Virus record (IMG/VR): IMGVR_UViG_3300037462_000914
Span: 1-37,256 of that record
DNA: 37,256 nucleotides
Source: a virus
Lineage: Duplodnaviria; Caudoviricetes
Reading direction: 5' to 3' (one strand)
Shown: positions 26,671 through 32,910 of the stretch, in pieces
Layout of the letters: every line of letters begins with the position of its first letter
Numbering within the stretch: the first letter of the stretch is position 1
Made by a program: the position numbers and the translations under genes
Notes under the pieces: model-generated
The model's database searches: none
What the model was told of the DNA's origin: nothing
The model's input: the letters and a program-made list of their open reading frames with translations, nothing else

Positions 26671-26865
26671 CTATTCCGGCTGCAGGTGCTCGATCAGCAC
26701 CAGCGTGTCGTGTATCTCGATGCGCAGGCTGGCGAACTCCTCCGGCTCCAGGGCGCAGACGGCCTTCAGGATGGCCATCAGCCCGGTGCGGTACTGATTC
26801 AGCTCCTCGCACGGCGAAGGGTGCTCGATGCGCACCTCAATCGCCCGGTCGGTGCAGCGGGTCAT
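26671..26865 (-). CDS. Small hypothetical protein coupled to rha
   Basis: ATGA overlap with the rha stop; 64 aa. Confidence 0.6.
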   Translation of the reverse strand: MTRCTDRAIEVRIEHPSPCEELNQYRTGLMAILKAVCALEPEEFASLRIEIHDTLVLIEHLQPE

Positions 26866-27371
26866 CGGCCACCTCCTTCCGCGAACAAGTCCAGCACGGC
26901 CATCATCTTGCGGTACACCCGCCGCTGGCGGCGGCTCACCCGCTGGTCGCTCAGGGCAATGGCAGTGATTTCGCGCCGCAAACCGGCCACGTCCACCCGC
27001 CCCGGCAAAGGCATCCGGTACTGGCCGGTGTAGTCCACAGGCGTTTGCTTGCGCAACTTGGCCTCCATTTCGTTGAAAGCCGCAATATAATCCTCTTTGA
27101 ACTTCATGGCGTTTTCGCCGGTGAAGCCCATCACCAGCAAAGTGAAACCGTCGCGGGTGATGACGTACTGCTTCTGCTCGCGTCCCCAAAAGTCCCGATA
27201 AGAGGTCGGCTCAAAATTGAGCCGACCAAATTCCTCGCTGCAACCAAGGTTTTCAATGTCGCGAAGTACATTCTTGTGTTCTTTGCCGAAGTACTCGGCA
27301 ATCAGACGGGAACTGGTCAGGGTTTTGCCACCCTGCGCAAACACTAATTCTTTCATGGGAATTTTAGACAT
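26862..27371 (-). CDS. rha: Rha family phage regulatory protein
   Basis: TSSRLIAEYFGKEHKNVLRDIE...LNF..SY...YVITRDGFTLLVMGFTGENAMKFKEDYIAAFNEME. Confidence 0.92.
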   Translation of the reverse strand: MSKIPMKELVFAQGGKTLTSSRLIAEYFGKEHKNVLRDIENLGCSEEFGRLNFEPTSYRDFWGREQKQYVITRDGFTLLVMGFTGENAMKFKEDYIAAFNEMEAKLRKQTPVDYTGQYRMPLPGRVDVAGLRREITAIALSDQRVSRRQRRVYRKMMAVLDLFAEGGGR

Positions 27372-27385
27372 TAAAGTTCAGGGCA

Positions 27386-27481
27386 ACAAAAAAGCGGTGT
27401 CGCCCTTCCCGCTGTCTGAGCTTCCCGTGGCAAGCTCCCATACCCCATTACAAGGTATGGACGGGGGTGCGACACCGCTAT
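27386..27481 (-). ncRNA. Putative c4-like multi-stem antisense/attenuator RNA in the rha leader
   Basis: Outer stem agcggtgtcgc (27393-27403)/gcgacaccgct (27469-27479), two internal hairpins, a U-tract after it, and complementarity to flanking sites. Confidence 0.6.
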
Positions 27482-27574
27482 TTCCATATGGAATAGAAGT
27501 ATCAAGGCACAAAAATAGCCCCTGCAAGCAAACGTTGTGGGGGCTTTCGCTCCCACGAGAATTTCAGACAGGGG

Positions 27575-27582
27575 CAAAGATA
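27575..27582 (-). promoter_or_regulatory. Bacteroidota-type -7 promoter element TATCTTTG for the rha operon
   Basis: TAnnTTTG match, with TTG about 21 nt upstream. Confidence 0.6.
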
Positions 27583-27817
27583 CGAAAACTACGCAATCAA
27601 AGTCAAGGGGCATGTAAGATTTCGCCGCTCGAAAGCACCCTCTTGCTTGATAACAAACCGAGTATCACCGTTGTCCGGGAAGTGGTGATTTTTACGGTAA
27701 CTTCTACTTGATGCCTCCAAAAGAGTTTTTCTCAAAAATGAGAAGAACCTTAACCCCCTGAGTATCACCGAATCCGTTTTTACGGAAACCTTTTTTTTCT
27801 TTTACTCAAAAAAGAGT

Positions 27818-27863
27818 AAAAGTCCCGGTAGGAGGTCTCCTGAAAATTCAGGAGACCGAATTC
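27818..27863 (-). pseudogene. 46-nt orphan fragment of an rha allele
   Basis: Encodes EFGLLNFQETSYRDF versus EFGRLNFEPTSYRDF in rha; 37/46 nt identical to 27188-27233. Confidence 0.8.
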
Positions 27864-27870
27864 ATGTAAG

Positions 27871-28374
27871 CTATTTTTGTTGGTAATTGGGCTTGCGGCA
27901 CCAAATACTGACCTCGTAAGACTCCTTGAATCCGTTGTCGCTCTTTTCGGTGATAAGGATGAGCCGGTAACCTTTCGCCGGATTGTCGTACACGGCCCGC
28001 TCAACACCCGGCTTTGTTTCCTTTTTCTCAACAAAGGCGTGGGATTTGGCTATTTCGGCTTCGTACTCCTCCGGCTTGTATTCATAGGTAGGCTCAATCC
28101 TGATGGCGACCACCTTGCCGTTTTTGAAAAAATAAACGTAGTTCACCGAACCCGTCGGAACCCAGCGGTAATAATGGGTGAAAGAAGTGTCTCGTCCGCC
28201 GTAGTTTTCTTTTAGATTGTAGTCGGCCCAGTCGCCGGTCGTTTCAAGCCACGCGGCAAACTCTTTGCCTGTAATGCTCATGCGCACATTGTCAGGGTTG
28301 AAAATCGGACGCTTTTCTGTTTGAGCAAACGCCGTGGCAGACAATAATCCAATCAACAGGAGCAACCTTTTCAT
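27871..28374 (-). CDS. Secreted hypothetical protein (moron-like, lower GC)
   Basis: Signal peptide MKRLLLLIGLLSATAFA|Q; AT-richer codons than the core phage genes. Confidence 0.75.
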   Translation of the reverse strand: MKRLLLLIGLLSATAFAQTEKRPIFNPDNVRMSITGKEFAAWLETTGDWADYNLKENYGGRDTSFTHYYRWVPTGSVNYVYFFKNGKVVAIRIEPTYEYKPEEYEAEIAKSHAFVEKKETKPGVERAVYDNPAKGYRLILITEKSDNGFKESYEVSIWCRKPNYQQK

Positions 28375-28482
28375 TTGAACAAGATTTAGTTGAACAATAA
28401 ACACCCCCCAAATCTCCCCTTTTTTGCCCAAAACGCCCCGCGCCAACCGCCCCCGAACCTTACCCGTGCAAGGCCCGCCCCG

Positions 28483-28517
28483 AAAAAAAAGCACCCGCCG
28501 CAAGGCAGCGGGGCTTT
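28483..28517 (-). terminator. Rho-independent terminator of the early operon
   Basis: Sense: gccccgctgc ctt gcggcgggtgc tttttttt. Confidence 0.7.
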
Positions 28518-28557
28518 CCGCACTATCAAAACAACTCGTCAAACGCACCTTGCCTTC

Positions 28558-28590
28558 AATTCTGAATTCTGAATTCATAATTCACAATCA
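28558..28590 (-). repeat. Single-arm GAATT heptamer array after a stop
   Basis: Sense: TGA ttgtgaa ttatgaa ttcagaa ttcagaa ttg. Confidence 0.75.
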
Positions 28591-29004
28591 AACCTCCCAC
28601 ACCTTGTTGTGCAGGTACGTCTTGGCGTACATGCGGGCCACGCCGGTGCGGGCCACCTCGCCGTTGTAGGTCTCCACGTACTCGTAGGCCCGCCGCTGCT
28701 GGTGGGGCGGCAGCTTGTCCCACACCGCCTTGGCCCGCTTCTTGTCGAACGGGTAGGCGTACTTGCGCCAGAAGTCGTCGAAGCTGAGCAGTTGCACCAT
28801 CTCGGTCAGCAGGCCCCTGAGCTTCGGGGCCGCGTAGGCCCGCTGCAAATCGTGCAGGTGGTAGAAAGCCTTGGCCACGATGTCGGAGAGTTGCTCCGGG
28901 GCCAGCTCGCGGCTCACCTCGAAGCCCAGCAGCACGCCCTTGGCGCTGTAGGTGAAGACGATGTCGCATTCGTAGCGGCGGCTGGTCAGGAGGAATTTGC
29001 GCAT
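28588..29004 (-). CDS. Hypothetical phage protein
   Basis: 138 aa; SFDDFWRKY...KKRAKAVWDKL...YAKTYL. Confidence 0.7.
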   Translation of the reverse strand: MRKFLLTSRRYECDIVFTYSAKGVLLGFEVSRELAPEQLSDIVAKAFYHLHDLQRAYAAPKLRGLLTEMVQLLSFDDFWRKYAYPFDKKRAKAVWDKLPPHQQRRAYEYVETYNGEVARTGVARMYAKTYLHNKVWEV

Positions 29005-29008
29005 TTTA

Positions 29009-29085
29009 AGTGGTCGGGGTCGTCGGTGTCAGTCATTAGCCGTTAGCCAATAGCTATTAGCTGACGACTGGCCACTGGCGACTTA
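29009..29085 (-). repeat. Nested heptamer hairpin with AATAGCTATT core
   Basis: Shares ggtcgtcggtgtcagtcattagccgttagccaatagctattagct with 11399-11443. Confidence 0.85.
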
Positions 29086-29436
29086 CGACAGTTTCTGGTG
29101 GATGGTGTTACATATCTGCTTGGCAAGCTGGCGGTGGTCGGCCGAGGCGTAGTCCACCTCCACCCACGTGGCCACCGTGCGCAGGGCCTGGGCGTGCGGC
29201 TCGGGCAGCTTCAGGGCCACCGTGCCGCCCTCCGGGCAGGCGGCCAGGCGGGTGAAGTACTTGTGCCACACCAGCGTCACCAGCCCGATCAGCACCCGGT
29301 CAACGGCGTACTCGTAGTCGCCGTAGTCGCCCTCGGCGTAGTTGACCCGCAGCGGCACAATGGCCGCCATGCGCGTCAGGTTGTCGGCCATCAGGCGGGC
29401 TTCGGTGCGGTTGAGTTTCAGGGTTACGGATTTCAT
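29083..29436 (-). CDS. Hypothetical protein
   Basis: 117-aa ORF in the early operon, TGATG-coupled. Confidence 0.65.
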   Translation of the reverse strand: MKSVTLKLNRTEARLMADNLTRMAAIVPLRVNYAEGDYGDYEYAVDRVLIGLVTLVWHKYFTRLAACPEGGTVALKLPEPHAQALRTVATWVEVDYASADHRQLAKQICNTIHQKLS

Positions 29437-29675
29437 CAGTTCGGACGGCTTTTATCCACAATCTTTACCGTGCCTTCGGTGGCCTGCTCGGCGGTTGTTT
29501 TCATGATGACCATAATGGTCGCAAACAAGCCCTTCAGCGCGCCGGTCGGCTTAGTCTGCGCCGAAACGGTCGTTTCCGCGCCCTTGGTGCTGATGACAAT
29601 ATATTCGTCCGCGTCTTTGATTAGCTCGATGACGGCGGCGGTGTGTTTCTCAATTTCGCTCTGCGGATTCTCCAT
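29436..29675 (-). CDS. Hypothetical protein (79 aa)
   Basis: Start re-called at MENPQ; resembles 30063-30302. Confidence 0.55.
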   Translation of the reverse strand: MENPQSEIEKHTAAVIELIKDADEYIVISTKGAETTVSAQTKPTGALKGLFATIMVIMKTTAEQATEGTVKIVDKSRPN

Positions 29676-29694
29676 GTGTGCGCGGGGTTTAGGA

Positions 29695-30063
29695 TTAATG
29701 TTTGGCTTGAAGTTTTTGTCGGCGGCAGTAGTCTGTCCACCAGTGGGCAATGTAAGGCCGGTGCTTGGCGCATTCGGCCACGTAGGCGGGCGGCGTGTCC
29801 GGTTTTTGGGCCGCCTCCCGGAACAGCCGGCTTCGCAGGAACACCTCGGCCACCTCCGGCAGCGGCGCCCCGCCGTCCGCCAGCCCCAACATCCGCCGGG
29901 CGGTGTCGATGGCGTTGAAAAACGCCGGGTCGAGGGTGAAGCCCTCCCCGTAACCGGTCGAGTCCAAGTGGACGATGGCCAGCACCGTCACCGCATCCGA
30001 CATGGCCATCAGCGGCATTCCGGCCGCATCGAAAGCCTCGAAAAAACCCGTGTTCACACCCAT
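29695..30063 (-). CDS. Hypothetical protein
   Basis: 122 aa, TGATG-coupled. Confidence 0.6.
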   Translation of the reverse strand: MGVNTGFFEAFDAAGMPLMAMSDAVTVLAIVHLDSTGYGEGFTLDPAFFNAIDTARRMLGLADGGAPLPEVAEVFLRSRLFREAAQKPDTPPAYVAECAKHRPYIAHWWTDYCRRQKLQAKH

Positions 30064-30302
30064 CAGTTCTCGCCGCCCTCCCGGATGGTTCTGCGCTTGA
30101 CCACGACCGTCTTGTGAACGACATCCATTATCTTCTTGATCAGGTCGGCCAGAAAAACCAGCTTGGCGTTGTTGTTCTTCACCGACCCGAACACGTCAAC
30201 CGTGTCGCCTTCGGCCTGCACGAGCAGTATCCACTCGTCGGCCTTGGCCAGCGCGTCGGCGGCGGTGTCTTTTTGTTTCTCTAATTCCGTCTTTTGTGAC
30301 AT
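30063..30302 (-). CDS. Hypothetical protein (79 aa)
   Basis: In-operon ORF; resembles 29436-29675. Confidence 0.6.
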   Translation of the reverse strand: MSQKTELEKQKDTAADALAKADEWILLVQAEGDTVDVFGSVKNNNAKLVFLADLIKKIMDVVHKTVVVKRRTIREGGEN

Positions 30303-30328
30303 AGTGTTCGGGGTTTTGGAGGTTGGAA

Positions 30329-30712
30329 CTATGCAAGGTTCGCCGTCTTGGTCAGGATGGCGTGGTACTTCACGCCGTCAAGCTCGATCGGCTCGGTGCT
30401 CATCCGGCAGGAGACGGTTTTGCTTTGTACCGACAGGCTGCCGAGGATTTGGCGGGCCATCGCCGCCGACTGCGCCAGCAAGGCTCCCTGCTTGCCACGC
30501 AGCGGAAAGCCTTCGTCGGCCACGGCCACGTACCAGTCGGCCGGGCGGGCCTCGTCTTGGGAAAACGCCACCGGCGTGCCTTCGGCCCAGCCCACGGCCT
30601 CGATGAACGTGCGCGAAAACGACAGGCAGCCGTTCTTGGTGTTGATGTTGACAGTCGCCACGCCGCGCGGGGCGGCCTTGACGTTGGTGGAATCGAACTG
30701 TTTGAGTTTCAT
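30329..30712 (-). CDS. Hypothetical protein
   Basis: Start re-called at MKLKQF; the track's upstream extension is repeat-derived. Confidence 0.65.
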   Translation of the reverse strand: MKLKQFDSTNVKAAPRGVATVNINTKNGCLSFSRTFIEAVGWAEGTPVAFSQDEARPADWYVAVADEGFPLRGKQGALLAQSAAMARQILGSLSVQSKTVSCRMSTEPIELDGVKYHAILTKTANLA

Positions 30713-30715
30713 TGG

Positions 30716-30800
30716 ATTGGGTTTTGGAGGTTGGAGGGTTAAGGGTTGGCTAAGATTTTCACTGCCCACTGACGACTGACCACTGACGACCGGCCACTTA
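30716..30800 (-). repeat. Heptamer array, AGTGGTC arm plus unrelated degenerate arm
   Basis: Sense: TAA gtggccg gtcgtca gtggtca gtcgtca gtgggca gt gaaaat... Confidence 0.75.
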
Positions 30801-31253
30801 TTTCTGGGCAAAGGTTTTCATTTCCTTCTCGTACAACGCCTGCACCTGGCTCACCACCGGCAGCAGCTCGCCGTAGTACAGGTAGTTGAGTATCTTCCGC
30901 TTCGGGTTCAGCGAGCCGATGTTCTGGATGAAGTTGTTGATGCGCACGTAGTCGGCGTTGCCGCTGGCATCCACCATCGGGTTGGCCGGCAGGGTGCAGA
31001 GCAGGTGGATGATTTTGCCCCGCATCCGCCGCTTGCCCTCGTCGAGCCGCCCGGCGATGTCGGCAATCAGCGCGTCGCACTCGGCCACGGTCAGGGCCTT
31101 GGTGCTGCGCGTGCGGCCGCCGGTGTGCTGCTCGGTCAGGGCGGCCACCATCTCGGCGGCCGTCTCATGGTCGGCCCACAGCTCGTGCGCGGCCTGCCAA
31201 AGCTTCTTGTTCTGGGCCAAGGTGCGCGGTTTGGCGTAGTTGATCACGGTCAT
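30798..31253 (-). CDS. GemA/gp16-like protein
   Basis: TGGRTRSTKALTVAECDALI...RRMRGKII resembles the Mu gp16 family. Confidence 0.55.
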   Translation of the reverse strand: MTVINYAKPRTLAQNKKLWQAAHELWADHETAAEMVAALTEQHTGGRTRSTKALTVAECDALIADIAGRLDEGKRRMRGKIIHLLCTLPANPMVDASGNADYVRINNFIQNIGSLNPKRKILNYLYYGELLPVVSQVQALYEKEMKTFAQK

Positions 31254-31258
31254 GGTCG

Positions 31259-31387
31259 TCAGCAGATAAAGGCCAGCAGGATGACGAACGACAGAAAAAC
31301 CAGCGTAATCAACAGCGGCCACAGCCAGATGTCGCGCCGCAAGCGGCGTTCAAAGTCGTCGTCTTCGTCTTCGGGGTAGGGGTGCAT
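31259..31387 (-). CDS. 42-aa single-TM peptide
   Basis: MHPYPEDEDDDFERRLRRDIWLWPLLITLVFLSFVILLAFIC fills an operon gap. Confidence 0.5.
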   Translation of the reverse strand: MHPYPEDEDDDFERRLRRDIWLWPLLITLVFLSFVILLAFIC

Positions 31388-31407
31388 GGTCGGCGGGGGA
31401 TTTTGGT

Positions 31408-31668
31408 TCAACAATACTCGTCGTCGTCGTATTCGGCAAGCGGGTACTCGACATCTTTTCCGCAGGATTGGCACCAGTGGATTATACCCGCGCCCCGGCA
31501 GTCGGGGCATCTGGAGTAGCTCACGCCCTCCAGCAGATACTCGTCTTCGTTGTCCAGCGCGTCGTCAATCAACCCGTCTTCGCACAGCAGGTTGTCGCAG
31601 TGGCGGTAAGCCACCGCCTCAGCTCCGCAGTGCGGGCAAATGTCCTCGGTGGTATGTACATCACTCAT
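31408..31668 (-). CDS. Cys-rich acidic zinc-binding protein
   Basis: CPHC, CxxxxC, CPDC and CQSC motifs. Confidence 0.65.
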   Translation of the reverse strand: MSDVHTTEDICPHCGAEAVAYRHCDNLLCEDGLIDDALDNEDEYLLEGVSYSRCPDCRGAGIIHWCQSCGKDVEYPLAEYDDDEYC

Positions 31669-31909
31669 GAGTCACCTCCCGTAGCGAAACTTTCGGCATT
31701 TTCGGGAACACCCGCTCTATCTCCTGCGCCGCCCACGCAGGATCAGCGTAGCCGAGCGGCGTGGTGTAGAAGCTGCTGTAGTGCGTGCGGTTTCGCTGCT
31801 GCATCCAGTAGGCCCCGTACCACAGGCCGTCCCACTTGTTCCTGTACACAATCAGCCGGTCGCCGTAGGCCGAGCCGTCGAAATCCTTGTAATGGGATGC
31901 AGTATCCAT
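31661..31909 (-). CDS. Hypothetical protein
   Basis: Start re-called at MDTASH; 82 aa. Confidence 0.55.
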   Translation of the reverse strand: MDTASHYKDFDGSAYGDRLIVYRNKWDGLWYGAYWMQQRNRTHYSSFYTTPLGYADPAWAAQEIERVFPKMPKVSLREVTHE

Positions 31910-31917
31910 TTTCTGCT

Positions 31918-31954
31918 TTTTTACCGGCCACCGGCCACTGACCACTGACGACTA
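31918..31954 (-). repeat. Single-arm AGTGGTC heptamer array plus A-tract
   Basis: Sense: tagtcgtcagtggtcagtggccggtggccggtaaaaa. Confidence 0.75.
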
Positions 31955-31959
31955 AAGAA

Positions 31960-32349
31960 TCACCACTCCACCTGCTTGACCCGTTCCGTCTCGATGCGCA
32001 CGCCCCACTTGCCCAGCTTCAGGTTGGCCAGTTGCGACCGCAGCAGCTCGAATTTGACCGCACGCGGGTACGACTTGCAGAACCGCAGGAACTTGGCGTC
32101 GTTGGCGTTGCGCATGTCTTCGGGAAGTACAATTTTGCTTTGCAGCTTGTCTTCCACGAAACACTCGCCGAAGTGCGCCCGGTGGCGGCCGTCGAACCAG
32201 TCGGGGTTGGCCTCGCAGGCGGCGAACACCTCGGCCTCTATCTTCTTGCGCTTGGCCCGCAGGGCCTCCTCTTTCTCGAACAGGGCGCGGTACTGGGCCA
32301 GCTTGGCTTCGGCCTCTTCGCGGGTCAGGGTTTTCTTCTTGGTTGGCAT
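31960..32349 (-). CDS. Possible Gam-like host-nuclease inhibitor (short)
   Basis: LTREEAEAKLAQY...coiled coil...ANPDWF; position in the Mu-type early operon. Confidence 0.4.
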   Translation of the reverse strand: MPTKKKTLTREEAEAKLAQYRALFEKEEALRAKRKKIEAEVFAACEANPDWFDGRHRAHFGECFVEDKLQSKIVLPEDMRNANDAKFLRFCKSYPRAVKFELLRSQLANLKLGKWGVRIETERVKQVEW

Positions 32350-32386
32350 CTTACAGTCTCGTTTTGGGCAAAAAAGGTTGAAAATT

Positions 32387-32485
32387 TCATGCAAGGTGCA
32401 GCAGGGCCGTCAGGCCCACGGCGATGAACAGGGCCAGCAGCGTGGCCACCGCCGCCGCCTTGGCGAATGTGTAGCGTATCTTCAT
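32387..32485 (-). CDS. 32-aa hydrophobic peptide
   Basis: MKIRYTFAKAAAVATLLALFIAVGLTALLHLA; below the track cutoff. Confidence 0.5.
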   Translation of the reverse strand: MKIRYTFAKAAAVATLLALFIAVGLTALLHLA

Positions 32486-32514
32486 TGCGTTTTGGGCAAA
32501 AATTGGTCAAAATG

Positions 32515-32904
32515 TCAGGCCGCGTCCAGCAGTTGCCGTTCGTAGGCCCGCACCACCGTGTCGTTGGGCGTGTAGATGTGCACATAGACCCGCACCAGCT
32601 TGCGCCACTGGTGCCACCGCTCGTGGCTTGGCGGCAGCGGCGGCAGCCGGTGCCGCTCTGCGTCCACCCAGGCCATGCTGGCGTTGGCCACCAGACGTTT
32701 GAACCACACCCAGAACTCGGATGTGCGGTAGAGGCAGTCGCGGGCGGCGGCGAAGCGTTCGCCCCGGCCCACGTAGTTCTCGCAGAACTCGACGGCGATT
32801 TCCACCAACGCCTCGTCGAATTCGTCGGCCTCGACCCCGGCCAGCCGCATCACCTGCTCGAAGGTGGGCTGGAACGGGTTGGGGTTTGCGCGGGTCTTTT
32901 TCAT
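32515..32904 (-). CDS. Hypothetical protein
   Basis: 129 aa with SEFWVWF motif. Confidence 0.65.
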   Translation of the reverse strand: MKKTRANPNPFQPTFEQVMRLAGVEADEFDEALVEIAVEFCENYVGRGERFAAARDCLYRTSEFWVWFKRLVANASMAWVDAERHRLPPLPPSHERWHQWRKLVRVYVHIYTPNDTVVRAYERQLLDAA

Positions 32905-32910
32905 CTGACA

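Noticed and set aside
27393-27479. Multi-stem structure as a tRNA
   Set aside because: No D-loop or TpsiC consensus, 11-bp closing stem, no standard anticodon arm.
27663-27670. TATCACCG as a lambda operator half-site
   Set aside because: No symmetric second half, and an unrelated phage and host; likely coincidence.
27818-27863. DGR template/variable repeat pair with rha
   Set aside because: No reverse transcriptase in the window; six of the nine differences are compensatory stem changes and most of those are not at adenines.
3696-31954. Heptamer arrays as CRISPR or as coding VVSGQWSVVS / NSEFRIQN / SWVLGLGS peptides
   Set aside because: No repeat-spacer periodicity; the peptides in the ORF track are translations of intergenic repeats that falsely extend ORFs.
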